The notes: generated by a model from the sequence alone, not told the origin. 64,000 nt of DNA from Thermoplasmatota archaeon (GCA_028279595.1 JANQNK010000003.1:92404-156403), one strand, 5' to 3'. Numbered from the stretch's first letter, positions 48,798 through 58,053 are shown. Numbers and translations: made by a program.

Positions 48798-49244
48798 CTT
48801 CTCCTCCTCCTTGCGGATGAGCGCCAGTTCGGTCTCGACCTCGTGGGCGGCGGAGTCCATGAGCTTCATGCCGGCACCGGTGAGCTTGCGCCCCCTGATC
48901 CCGGCCTTCTCTATCAGACCCGCTCCCTCGAGCTGCTGGAAGGCGTGCCGAGTGATGGAGCGGCTGCCCTTCTTGGCCTTGTTGGGCTTGACGCCCCTGT
49001 CGGCCTTCCCACCGAACATGGACGACACGCGCTCGATGCCTATCGGTCCGTGTACGTAGACCTTCCGCATGACCGCTCCCAGCCTTACGTGCCACCATTC
49101 CTCCTGGGTCGGAGGCCTCTCCTTGTGAATGCCGGTCTTCACGAACAGAGCCCAGTCTGGCTGTGCGCATTCCGGCATCTCCCGAAGCTTCGTGGCCACG
49201 TTCTGGATCAGCGGCTCAGGCGGTACATCGTACACCGTCGTCAT
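48450..49244 (-). CDS. rps19e: 30S ribosomal protein S19e with a ~115-aa acidic Ala/Glu/Pro-rich C-terminal extension
   Basis: Residues 1-~150 are canonical S19e (TVYDVPPEPLIQNVATKLRE...PDWALFVKTGIHKERPP...WWHVRLGAVMRKVY..GPIG...GSRSITRHAFQQLEGAGLIEK). The protein then continues with KEEEKARKKARKAAEKARKEAEKAAAEEAAAEE...PAEEPEKVEE...EPEKGEEE. Confidence 0.88.
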   Translation of the reverse strand: MTTVYDVPPEPLIQNVATKLREMPECAQPDWALFVKTGIHKERPPTQEEWWHVRLGAVMRKVYVHGPIGIERVSSMFGGKADRGVKPNKAKKGSRSITRHAFQQLEGAGLIEKAGIRGRKLTGAGMKLMDSAAHEVETELALIRKEEEKARKKARKAAEKARKEAEKAAAEEAAAEEAAAEEAPAEEPAPEAPAEETVEAPAEEAPAEEPEKVEEAPAEESEKVEETVEETPAEEPGPVEEAPAEEAAVEEPEPSEEPEKGEEE

Positions 49245-49397
49245 CTTCTGGTCACTCTCCCGCTAGTCGGAGGGGTAGTCCGTGCGATAATGTTCGTAGT
49301 TATAAAGGTTATGGATGAACAGGATGGCTGATTTATACTACTGGATGCAGCCGATAACTTATTAATCGCCACATCATATGAATTATCGGGCCAAAAG

Positions 49398-50252
49398 ATG
49401 AGAGCGAGGGGACCAAAGCACCGAGCCCGCATCATTGTACTAGTTTCGATGTTCGCCCTGATCCTCATTGCCATCCCGGTAGCAGACGGGAATCCAGTTC
49501 CCTATTATCCAACCTTCACAGCAAAGGACGGCAATCCGATCCCAGCTGTCAACGATACCGACGTCTATCTGGCAGAGGAACTGTTGATATTCACATTCTC
49601 ATCCAAGAGCGTCGATGTCCAGGCTGAATATCTATTTCGAAACGACGGTCCATACCATGTCAATCTCTCGATATTCCTTCCCTTCAATGACACTGCCACT
49701 GTATTCGACCTCAAGGTCGACGGGATCGACCACTCATATCAGGAGTACCAGATGGATCTGCACCGATACTACTGGTGGGGGAGTGGACGCAGCTATCACG
49801 GTGTCCTCTTCGGTGTCTCCTTCGGACCGCACGGATCCCGTAACGTAAGCATTGGATATCAACGCGAGTTGCATGTTTCATACGACTACGAGGACAATGA
49901 CAAACTGCATCATTCGTTCAACTACATGGTATGGACGACCAAGTACTGGAACCACTCCATCGATCGTGCACGGTTCGAATTCTGGTTACCCAGGTCTCTC
50001 TACGAGGAAATAGACTATTACGACTTCAATAGCTCATATGAATCGGGAAAATATACCGTTCTCGTCGAAGAATACGAGGATTGGTCCCCGTCCGATTATT
50101 ACGGTGAGGTAGGAATAAACTGGTGGAGATTCCGTCCTGAAGAACCTGACGTGATCCCGCAGATATTCCTGATCGGTCTCGGATCAATTGCAGCCGTCAT
50201 AGTGTTCTTCGGGTCCTGGGAGTACCTGGACCGTCGAAAATCAAGGAAATGA
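49398..50252 (+). CDS. Hypothetical secreted protein with N-terminal signal/TM and C-terminal TM anchor
   Basis: 284 aa. ARIIVLVSMFALILIAIPVADG at the N-terminus and IFLIGLGSIAAVIVFFGSW near the C-terminus. Asn/Tyr/Asp-rich. Lower GC than its neighbours (lines 49921 and 49981 count 30/60 and 25/60). Confidence 0.6.
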   Translation: MRARGPKHRARIIVLVSMFALILIAIPVADGNPVPYYPTFTAKDGNPIPAVNDTDVYLAEELLIFTFSSKSVDVQAEYLFRNDGPYHVNLSIFLPFNDTATVFDLKVDGIDHSYQEYQMDLHRYYWWGSGRSYHGVLFGVSFGPHGSRNVSIGYQRELHVSYDYEDNDKLHHSFNYMVWTTKYWNHSIDRARFEFWLPRSLYEEIDYYDFNSSYESGKYTVLVEEYEDWSPSDYYGEVGINWWRFRPEEPDVIPQIFLIGLGSIAAVIVFFGSWEYLDRRKSRK

Positions 50253-50262
50253 CAGTTCACCG

Positions 50263-50940
50263 TCACTTCTTCTTCTTGTCCTTCTCTTCCTCTTCCTTGA
50301 TCGGCTCGGCGTCGATCGGTTCCGCTCCGGGCAGTTCGACGACCTCCTCGACCTCCATGACGGCGGAGTACATCTCGGCGTAGTCCTTGAGGATCTCGAT
50401 GGAGATCTGGCCGATCTCGGCCTTCCTGGCCCTCCAGGCGTCTTCAAGGTCCACTATCGGGCCGATGGCGCTCGTCCTGTAGAATTCGAAGAGGAGGATC
50501 CTGAAGAGCTGGGCCCTCACGACGTCCGTAGGGACCGTGGTGAAGGACCTTCCCGCCTCGAGGTAGTCCCTTCCGATCTCCCTGGCGACCCGCTCGACGT
50601 CGAGCCCGTTCGCGAACGTGCTGTCGAAGGTGAAGTTGAACTTGGGGAATATGGTGGAGAACGTGTCCATGTGTATCTCCATGAGCCTTCCGAAGTCACG
50701 GAACACCTGCGGTACGGTCGCACCACGATCGACAGGGAGGATCGGCATCCCGTCCGCCGGTCTTCCGATGTCGACCTGTTCGATGAGGACCCTTCCGAGG
50801 GCGACCTCGACCGATCGGTGTATCGTCCCGTAGAAGATCTTGCTCAGGGGCATGCCCGTCTCGTCGGAAATGAAATCCATCGCCTGCTTCTCCCTCACGG
50901 GGACCATCAGTCCGAACATAGCGCGTTCCATGGGTACCAC
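50263..50940 (-). CDS. Hypothetical protein with acidic/Lys-rich tail
   Basis: 225-aa ORF, ordinary composition, no motif recognised. Ends EEEEKDKKKK. Confidence 0.5.
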   Translation of the reverse strand: MVPMERAMFGLMVPVREKQAMDFISDETGMPLSKIFYGTIHRSVEVALGRVLIEQVDIGRPADGMPILPVDRGATVPQVFRDFGRLMEIHMDTFSTIFPKFNFTFDSTFANGLDVERVAREIGRDYLEAGRSFTTVPTDVVRAQLFRILLFEFYRTSAIGPIVDLEDAWRARKAEIGQISIEILKDYAEMYSAVMEVEEVVELPGAEPIDAEPIKEEEEKDKKKK

Positions 50941-51000
50941 TTTGAAATTTCTTTAAAAGAATTATAAACAACTGGGATTTATAATTTGCGTCTTCCACCA

Positions 51001-52221
51001 TCAGAGCTCGTACGTCCTCCCCTCCTCGGGGAGGAGTATGTTGTAGTCCTGAAGGTCGTCGGCGAGCACCTGCCTGCTGTCACCGTGCATGAGCACGATC
51101 AGTTCCGGGTCGCACTTCTGGGCGAACTCGACCAGTTCGGTGTGCCCCGCGTGCGCGGAGAAGTCGTACTGCACGACCTCCGCCTCCACCGGGACCTTCG
51201 CTCCGGCTATGTTGAGTGCGTGCTCGTCGAGCAGCCGCCGCCCGTTCGTCCCCTCGACCTGGTATCCGGTCAGCAGTATGGCGTTGTCCTTCGAGTTGAG
51301 CCTGTTGGTGTACTCGAGAACGGGTCCGCCGTCCAGCATTCCGCTGGTCGTGACGATGACGTCTCCCCGGAGGGCCTTCTTCCTGTCGCTCGGCCTGACG
51401 ATCTGGCGGACCTCCCGCATGGCCCTCTTGAGCTCCTTCGGTTCGTGGAGGAACCTGGGATGCTCCATGTACATCTCGGCCACCGCCCGGCCCATGCCGT
51501 CGACCCAGATCTCGAGGTCCATGTGGTAGAGCATCATCAGGACCTCCTGGGTCCGTCCGACAGCGAACACAGGAACGATCGCCGTGCCCCCCCTCTCTAT
51601 GACCTCCTCGATCTTGTCGATGAACTCCCCGATCAGCTGCCTGCGGTCGGGGTGGTCCCTGCCTCCGTAGGTGGATTCGAGCATGAGGACGTCGGTGTGC
51701 ACGGGCTCCGCACTGCCGACCAGGAGGGAGTCCGTAGCGCTGATGTCGCCGGTGAAAAGAAACTCCCTGTCGCCCTCGACCCTGAACATCGTCGCTCCGG
51801 GTATGTGCCCGGCTGTGATGGCCTCGATCTCCATCCCGTTCCAGCCCCGTGTCTCCCCGAAGATCATCGGATCGTACAGGTCCCAGGCGATCTCGGGGGC
51901 ACCCTTCCTGAAAGGAGGGTCGTAACCCTCGGCATCGGCGATCTTCTGGCTGTCGCCCGCGAGCAGGTCGCTCACCACGGCCGTGGGTTCGGTGGCCCAG
52001 ATGGGCATGCCATACCTGTCCGCCACCCAGGGGATCATACCAGAGTGGTCGAGGTGGGCATGGGATAGAAGTGTCAGATCGACCTTCGGAGCTGGTTCCG
52101 GGACCTTCGGAGGATTGGACGGCAACATGCCGTAATCGAAAAGAGCTGACCTCCCGCCTTCGGAGAGTATCATTCCGAGGCGGCCGACCTCGCTCGCGCC
52201 CCCGAGGAACCGTATATCCAT
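51001..52221 (-). CDS. Metallo-beta-lactamase / beta-CASP family ribonuclease (aCPSF2-like, no KH domains)
   Basis: 406 aa. LSHAHLDHSGMIP (HxHxDH), ESTYG, later His/Asp beta-CASP motifs (FSAHAGH, VLMHGD). Confidence 0.85.
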   Translation of the reverse strand: MDIRFLGGASEVGRLGMILSEGGRSALFDYGMLPSNPPKVPEPAPKVDLTLLSHAHLDHSGMIPWVADRYGMPIWATEPTAVVSDLLAGDSQKIADAEGYDPPFRKGAPEIAWDLYDPMIFGETRGWNGMEIEAITAGHIPGATMFRVEGDREFLFTGDISATDSLLVGSAEPVHTDVLMLESTYGGRDHPDRRQLIGEFIDKIEEVIERGGTAIVPVFAVGRTQEVLMMLYHMDLEIWVDGMGRAVAEMYMEHPRFLHEPKELKRAMREVRQIVRPSDRKKALRGDVIVTTSGMLDGGPVLEYTNRLNSKDNAILLTGYQVEGTNGRRLLDEHALNIAGAKVPVEAEVVQYDFSAHAGHTELVEFAQKCDPELIVLMHGDSRQVLADDLQDYNILLPEEGRTYEL

Positions 52222-52232
52222 TCGCAGCCGTC

Positions 52233-52607
52233 CTAGAGGAACTTGGCGAACTGTTCCTCGAAGGCTGCCTTCGGCATCGCCCCGACGAGCCTGTCCGCGT
52301 ATTCCCCGTCCTTGAATATGAGAAGTGTCGGGATGCTCATGATGCGGTGCTTCATCGCGATGCCCGTGCTCTCATCCGTGTTGAGCTTCGCGAAGGCTAT
52401 CCTGCCCTTGTAATCGCCCGCCAGCTCGTGTATCGTGGGGGCTATCATCTTGCACGGGCCGCACCAGGGTGCCCAGCAGTCGATGACGGCAACAGGGAAC
52501 TTCTTGACGAACTCCTCGAAGTTGGCATCATTCACCTCGACCGGCAGGTCTGGCGCGTCGTCGCCCAGATCGCTGAACTGTATCACGTCATCAACCATGG
52601 TTCTCAC
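52233..52607 (-). CDS. trxA: Thioredoxin
   Basis: 124 aa. VIDCWAPWCGPCKMIAP. Confidence 0.92.
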   Translation of the reverse strand: MRTMVDDVIQFSDLGDDAPDLPVEVNDANFEEFVKKFPVAVIDCWAPWCGPCKMIAPTIHELAGDYKGRIAFAKLNTDESTGIAMKHRIMSIPTLLIFKDGEYADRLVGAMPKAAFEEQFAKFL

Positions 52608-52656
52608 CGGATTTCCATCAAATCCATGACGTATAAAAAGGTATCCCCTGGGGTGC

Positions 52657-53250
52657 CTATCGGTCGCGCTCGCCCTTGAATCCCTTGGCGACGATGTAGA
52701 CCTCAGAGCTCGCCTTCCTCGATGCCTCTGGCGAGTGGCATTTCACGTTGGAGAAGGCCGACCTGTACTCGGCCAGGAGGTCCGGGAACATGTCTCCCTG
52801 GAAGACCTTGACCACGGAACAGCCGCCCTTTCGAAGGACCCGCTTCGAGACCTTGAGCGCCCACTCCGCCATGTGGACGGACCTCGCCTGGTCCATGCTG
52901 TAATGTCCGGTTATGTCCGGTGACATGTCCGAAAGTACGACGTCCACCTCTTCGCTCCAGTCCGCGACCTGTCTCAGGAACTCCTTGGACGTGACGTCCG
53001 CCCGGATGAAGACGACGCCGTCCACCGCCTCCATGCCCCTGATGTCCGCGGCGAGTACGTTTCCCGGACCGGCGAGCTCGACCGCGACCTGGGACCAGCC
53101 ACCAGGAGCGGCTCCGAGGTCCACGACCCTGTCGTCGCGCCTTATCACCTTGAACTTCCTGTCGATCTGCTTCAGCTTGTAGGTGGCCCTCGATCGGTAG
53201 CCTTCAGCCTTCGCCTTCCGGTAGTATCCGTCCTTCTTGTCGTAGGACAT
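52657..53250 (-). CDS. rlmE: 23S rRNA (uridine-2'-O)-methyltransferase RlmE/FtsJ
   Basis: 197 aa. YRSRATYKLKQID, VVDLGAAPGGWSQV, VLSDMSP, VVKVFQG. Confidence 0.9.
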   Translation of the reverse strand: MSYDKKDGYYRKAKAEGYRSRATYKLKQIDRKFKVIRRDDRVVDLGAAPGGWSQVAVELAGPGNVLAADIRGMEAVDGVVFIRADVTSKEFLRQVADWSEEVDVVLSDMSPDITGHYSMDQARSVHMAEWALKVSKRVLRKGGCSVVKVFQGDMFPDLLAEYRSAFSNVKCHSPEASRKASSEVYIVAKGFKGERDR

Positions 53251-53272
53251 CGTATTCCGAGTCCGGAGCCCG

Positions 53273-53280
53273 ATTATAAA
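53273..53280 (-). promoter_or_regulatory. TATA box candidate for rlmE (leaderless spacing)
   Basis: Minus-sense TTTATAAT, 23 nt upstream of ATG 53250. Confidence 0.45.
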
Positions 53281-53347
53281 TGTTTGTCAGGTCCACGACA
53301 GTGATCGAAGGTCCCGATTTGGACCGAAGACCGTTCACTCGACTCCC

Positions 53348-56300
53348 TCAACGCTGCTCTCGACGTCTTGCTATGAAGATGCCAAGGATCGCGAAGATCG
53401 GGACCAGCAGACCCAACTCGGGAATGTCATCCCCCTGCTCGAAAACCACAGCGTCCATCCCGGCCATCGCCCAGGCGTCCACCGTCCCGTAGGACGTGTT
53501 CCACTCCGATGTCGCCATGAGAGCCCTGTCGATGGTGCCATTCGCGTTCAATGCGAATACGTAGTACTCCCCCGCAGCGAGGGATATCCAGGCTGTACCG
53601 TGCCCGGATGGCGCCCAGTCCGTCCAGGTCGAGTTGGTGCCGCCGACCGATTTGCAGACCGCCCGCGAGGCGTCCATGGCGTATACGTACGGGCTTGCGG
53701 TCGAGCTCGCCATCGATACCCACGACGTTCCATTACCCGCATCGCCCTTCGCTGTCCAGGATGATCCGGACACCCCTCTCACCGAGGCCATGCCATCGAG
53801 TCGGAGCGCGTAAACGAAGGTCCCATCGGTGGCTATCGAGGACCATGAGGCATCCTCGCCCGCATCGCCCCATTCCGAGACAGAACCGTCCGATGTGGAT
53901 ATTCGTGAGACCGCTCCATCGGCCTTCAGGACGTAAAGCTCGGTACCTGCCGAGGTGATGGACCTCCATGAGGAGTCGTCCCCAGCGTCGGCCAGAAGGA
54001 CCCATGGTTCGCGGCCGTCGATCGATGATAGCACGCTGCCGTCGCTCTTCAGTGCATGGACCCCGTCCGGGTCCGCAGCGATGTCAACGTATCGTGATGA
54101 TACAGGTGCAGCCGGAGTGCCGGTCCCGAACCGGCTCCATCCGTCCGTGGGGTCCGCACACCGATGGACTTGTCCGTCATTGCGTTGGACCAGCAATTCG
54201 TTCTCTGCTCCTGCGGTCAGTCCGATGTATCCTGTACCTGCCGGGATCTCCGGGTCACCCGAGCCGAACTCCTCCCAGCCGCCGTCCTCGTACATGTGGA
54301 CGGATCCGTCCGCGAGAAGAACGCAGGGAGAACCCTCTGAATTCGAGATATCAACAAAGGAAGCGCTGTGCGGAAGACCTGCCGACCCGAGCCCGTTCCA
54401 GCCGGAGCCAGTATCCTCGGAGACGTGAACTGTACCGTCATTGGTCAGTACGCTGATGACCACGTCACTTCCATCCGAGCGGGTGCATATCCCTACAGAA
54501 CCTTGTCCAGGGCCTGGGTCCGCATCCTGGGCATATCGGGACCATCCCTCCGATCCGGTAGTGGTGAATACTGCACCGTCGTTCCTGAGGGCATAGAGGT
54601 CTCCCCCGTTCGAGCTGATGTCCACGAACGAGGACCCTCCGGGAGGTTCAGTGTCCGTTACCATGTGCCATCCGTCGGTGCGGGACGACGACCTGTAGGA
54701 CCGTCCGTCCATCCGCATCGTGACCACCGATCCATCGTCAGGCACTGAAGCTATCCCGACGAAACCGTCGGCGACGTTCCCCGGGTTTCCAGTGCCAAAG
54801 GGCCTCCAGCCACCGTCGACAGATACCGAATGTAGCACACTTCCGTTGCTCTGGAGGATGTACACCGTTCCGTCATCCCCGGCGGCGATGTCCTCGTACT
54901 CGACCCCCTCTGGAAGGGCGGTTATCGGCTCCCATGAGCGCCCGGTCTGCGACCAGTGCGCCGAGCCGTTGAGCGTAAGGGCGAAGGGATCGTCCTCCCC
55001 CGTCGAACCGGAGATGGTCATGGGTTCCGTGTGGTCTCCAGTGTTGTTCCTCCAGGTCGTGAAATGGAAATATACCTGGAAATCGAGATAGTCCCGGTCC
55101 ACCGAGACCTCGAGCTCCGTATGACCGTTCGCTGCTTCCACGGGCGCGCTGTCGGCGATCCACGGCCAATCGGCCGGAGCCGTGTCGGAATAGCGGTAAT
55201 GACGCGCCTCCTCTACCTCGCCGAGGTATCCAGTGACGATTATTAGCCTGTTGGCGACGATCGGGAAGCCCTCCGGACTGTATCCCTCGTCCGCAGGCAT
55301 CACACTGAGGAAGATGTATGCGGCGTCGTTGCTCACCGGAAGGGTCAATGGCAGGTCTTGCTGCGACCCGGTCCCTCCCTTGATCGCGATCGGCCGTGAT
55401 GCGGGGATCCATGCACCACCCATCATCTCCCCGTCGACGCCCAGGTAGAAGAAGACCTTGCCCTGGGAGCGGGCTCCCTTGTAGTCGGTGATATCGACGT
55501 TCCTGCGGGCATCCCCACGGACATCCTCGGTCGTGTTGGCCCACTCATGGAACAGTCCGTCGATGACGTATCCGTCCGGAGGCGCGGCCAGGTACCAGGA
55601 GCAACCGCGGAGCTCGTTCGTGACGGCCTTCGAGTTCGTGGCGACGTCCGCGACGTCCATTGTCAGCACGGTGCCCTCGGTCGCCTGGGGCGCGATGGTC
55701 ACCCTTATCGATACGCTCGATTCCCCGATGATCTCGACGTCGTCCATGTCCAGGACGACCTTCCCGTCGGACAGCAGATGGCTGTCGATCGCCGATCCGT
55801 CCCGTATCAGGGAGATCTGACCGACGTCAGTGTCGGCCACCGTTCCGGAGACCTCGACGGTGAGGTTCCTGACCTTGCACGAGCCCCCGGTGGCCTTGAA
55901 TTCGACATCCAGGACGTCGTACATGCTGTCAGGTGACAGTATCGTCCCTTCTGTGATGAGCGGGTCCGCGGATATCACGACCGGGGCCCTCTTGCCCTCG
56001 TGTACCAGAGGGAGCACGTTGCTCAGGTCCTCGTTCCCCTTGTCGTCCGAGACCCTGAAAACGAGCAGTGCATCGTCCCCGTTGTGGTAGGGCATACCGA
56101 TCTCGATCCTGCGGTTGTGGACCCTCGAGGGTACATGCGAGATGTGGCTCCAGTTCCAGTCCCTCTTCTCGGGACCGAATCCCTGGTCGGAGTATCTGTA
56201 GTAGTTCGAGGTAACGATCCCGTCCTCCCTGCCGTAGACCTCCACCAGGTACTCGGCCCCTATCCCGAGGATGCTGTATCCAGACCTGGAGGATGCGTCC

Positions 56301-56791
56301 GAGTCGACGAACACCTGCACCGACCCGCCGACGGTCCTGGTGTCGAACATGGTCCCGATCACCTCGACGTACAGGAAGAGCTGGTCGCCTTCACGGACCG
56401 CTCCCGTGGATAGCAAGTTGATACCGGAATAGGCTGCGTCACCGTCGTCGTCCATGAACAGCGAGACGTCGTCCCAGTCCGAGAAATCGCCGTCGACGGT
56501 CATGGACTCCTCCTGCGGAAGGAAGTAGATGTATGCTGAGAGTATGAGTGCCGCGACCAGCATCACCACGGCGACGACGTTCCCGATCCTGGACATGTCG
56601 CGGCCCCTCCTAGGCCTCTTGGGTGTCTGTTTCGAGGGATCGTCGTAGATGGACCTCTTTCGCCTCTTGCCGATGGTCGTCGTCACACCTGCAGCGAGGA
56701 TGACGGTGCTGGGAGTGCCATGGCTAGGCACATCGGCATACTCGATAATTCCACCCGTCTGTCCCGATACCGCCGCTGATTCCGCCACCAT
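53348..56791 (-). CDS. Large cell-surface protein: duplicated CBM9/DOMON-like modules, Ig-like region, ~11 tandem propeller-like repeats, C-terminal sorting-signal-like anchor
   Basis: 1147 aa. TM at residues ~68-90. VDGDFSDWDD... and IDGLFHEWAN... modules each end in YRYSD...W.W. Repeats of ~40-50 aa follow the form (V/I)DI...G..Y.L..DG.V......GW. C-terminus DDIPELGLLVPIFAILGIFIARRREQR. The start could instead be the internal Met at residue 66. Confidence 0.75.
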   Translation of the reverse strand: MVAESAAVSGQTGGIIEYADVPSHGTPSTVILAAGVTTTIGKRRKRSIYDDPSKQTPKRPRRGRDMSRIGNVVAVVMLVAALILSAYIYFLPQEESMTVDGDFSDWDDVSLFMDDDGDAAYSGINLLSTGAVREGDQLFLYVEVIGTMFDTRTVGGSVQVFVDSDASSRSGYSILGIGAEYLVEVYGREDGIVTSNYYRYSDQGFGPEKRDWNWSHISHVPSRVHNRRIEIGMPYHNGDDALLVFRVSDDKGNEDLSNVLPLVHEGKRAPVVISADPLITEGTILSPDSMYDVLDVEFKATGGSCKVRNLTVEVSGTVADTDVGQISLIRDGSAIDSHLLSDGKVVLDMDDVEIIGESSVSIRVTIAPQATEGTVLTMDVADVATNSKAVTNELRGCSWYLAAPPDGYVIDGLFHEWANTTEDVRGDARRNVDITDYKGARSQGKVFFYLGVDGEMMGGAWIPASRPIAIKGGTGSQQDLPLTLPVSNDAAYIFLSVMPADEGYSPEGFPIVANRLIIVTGYLGEVEEARHYRYSDTAPADWPWIADSAPVEAANGHTELEVSVDRDYLDFQVYFHFTTWRNNTGDHTEPMTISGSTGEDDPFALTLNGSAHWSQTGRSWEPITALPEGVEYEDIAAGDDGTVYILQSNGSVLHSVSVDGGWRPFGTGNPGNVADGFVGIASVPDDGSVVTMRMDGRSYRSSSRTDGWHMVTDTEPPGGSSFVDISSNGGDLYALRNDGAVFTTTGSEGWSRYAQDADPGPGQGSVGICTRSDGSDVVISVLTNDGTVHVSEDTGSGWNGLGSAGLPHSASFVDISNSEGSPCVLLADGSVHMYEDGGWEEFGSGDPEIPAGTGYIGLTAGAENELLVQRNDGQVHRCADPTDGWSRFGTGTPAAPVSSRYVDIAADPDGVHALKSDGSVLSSIDGREPWVLLADAGDDSSWRSITSAGTELYVLKADGAVSRISTSDGSVSEWGDAGEDASWSSIATDGTFVYALRLDGMASVRGVSGSSWTAKGDAGNGTSWVSMASSTASPYVYAMDASRAVCKSVGGTNSTWTDWAPSGHGTAWISLAAGEYYVFALNANGTIDRALMATSEWNTSYGTVDAWAMAGMDAVVFEQGDDIPELGLLVPIFAILGIFIARRREQR
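53432..54958 (-). repeat. About 11 tandem coding repeats (40-50 aa each) in the surface protein
   Basis: Examples: DIAAGDDGTVYILQSNGSVLHSVSVDGGW; VDISSNGGDLYALRNDGAVFTTTGSEGW; VDISNSEGSPCVLLADGSVHMYEDGGW; VDIAADPDGVHALKSDGSVLSSIDGREPW; SSIATDGTFVYALRLDGMASVRGVSGSSW; ISLAAGEYYVFALNANGTIDRALMATSEW. Confidence 0.7.
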
Positions 56792-56992
56792 GGGTTCCTA
56801 CCCCGTTCCTGTTTAACGACTGGCACACATAAAACCCTTTTCATGGATGGCTTCGGAAGGAAATCAGCTGAATCACCCCACTTGCGACAGGTACTGGCTC
56901 AGGAAAAACGCTCGCTCATTCCAGCGGTGAAGAGAGGGGCCGGAGTAGTCTGTTAACGTGTAATACGACCCCGCAGCACTGGTGGAACCGTC

Positions 56993-58030
56993 CTATGTGT
57001 TCCTCTCCGGGACGTCGTCCGGACCGAAGGGAACGAACTTCTCGGCCTTCGCCATCCTGAGCCCCTTGAGGTAACCGCGGCCCCACTCGAAGTGTCCCAC
57101 CGCTATCAGGAAGGGCGCTCCCACCACGTACCGTCCTTTGGCGTAGGGTGAATAGGACTGTGTCGCGCCGAAGAAGGCCACGATGAAATAGACGACGAGC
57201 AGTGAGAGTAGGAGGATCAGCGGATACACGCCGAACCCGAACGGGAGGACCATGCTTACGATGGAGAGCGCGAGGAGGACAGCGACCGCGATTATTCCGA
57301 TGGACGGCATGATGTGGAGCTTCCTCTTCAGATCGGGGTATCTCACGTTCGCCATGGCCCTGCCGATGCCGTACCTGTAGATCTGTCGGGCGTAACCCTT
57401 GAGCGTCGGCCTGCGCTTGTGATAGACGATGGCGTTCGGGTCGAAGAAGATCTCGTGCCCCTTCTTCTTGATCCGGTGATCGAGGGCGAGATCCTCGGCC
57501 GTCGGGAGGTCCTCGTCGAAACCCCCTGCATCCTCGATGACCGACCGTCTGTACGCTGCATTGCAGCCGGGATTGTGATATATCTTGGTGATGGTCTTCG
57601 GGATCTTGCCGTAACGAGTGTCCCCGGTCATGACCTTCGATCCGTAGGTGACGTCCGACGCCTTCCCGAGGTAGTTGTCAGTCCTTGGAGCGATGTTCGG
57701 ACCTCCGACGCTCGCGACCTTCGGGTCGTCGAAGTGCCTCACGAGGTTGCCGAGCCAATCCTCCCTCGGCATCGTGTCGGCGTCGGTGAAAACGATGATG
57801 TCGGCGTCGGTGCTCCTCAGGCCGGTGTTGCCTGCGTGGCCCCTGGTCCTTCCCTCGTCGTAGACGACGGTGGCGCCGTTCTTCCTTGCGACCTTGTCGG
57901 TCCCGTCCTTCGAGTGACCGTCCACTATCAGTACTTCGAAATCCTGGAAAGTCTGCGCTTTGAGAGCCTTGAAGCAGTCCCTCAGGTCAGCGGCGCAGTT
58001 GAGGGTCGGGATCATCACGACGACCTTCAT
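56993..58030 (-). CDS. Family 2 glycosyltransferase with C-terminal TM segments
   Basis: 345 aa. MKVVVMIPTLNCA, LIVDGHSKDGT, IVFTDADT (DxD). Confidence 0.85.
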   Translation of the reverse strand: MKVVVMIPTLNCAADLRDCFKALKAQTFQDFEVLIVDGHSKDGTDKVARKNGATVVYDEGRTRGHAGNTGLRSTDADIIVFTDADTMPREDWLGNLVRHFDDPKVASVGGPNIAPRTDNYLGKASDVTYGSKVMTGDTRYGKIPKTITKIYHNPGCNAAYRRSVIEDAGGFDEDLPTAEDLALDHRIKKKGHEIFFDPNAIVYHKRRPTLKGYARQIYRYGIGRAMANVRYPDLKRKLHIMPSIGIIAVAVLLALSIVSMVLPFGFGVYPLILLLSLLVVYFIVAFFGATQSYSPYAKGRYVVGAPFLIAVGHFEWGRGYLKGLRMAKAEKFVPFGPDDVPERNT

Positions 58031-58053
58031 GCAATTCCGTCAGTCGGTCTCAG

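Noticed and set aside
48450-48800. Reiterated gcttcctc/ggcctcctc units that could be mistaken for a tandem DNA repeat or CRISPR-like array
   Set aside because: The units are irregular, in-frame and translate to AEE/PAEE low complexity inside rps19e. There is no repeat-spacer periodicity. The same applies to the PE/PK linker at 22037-22504.
47719-49331. Plus-strand ORFs 47719..49059 (446 aa) and 48426..49331 (301 aa) across the ribosomal protein operon
   Set aside because: They are antisense to rpl31e, rpl39e, the PDCD5-like gene and rps19e. The Ser/Ala/Gly or Leu/Gly/Arg repeats are just the complement of the AEE/PAEE coding repeat.
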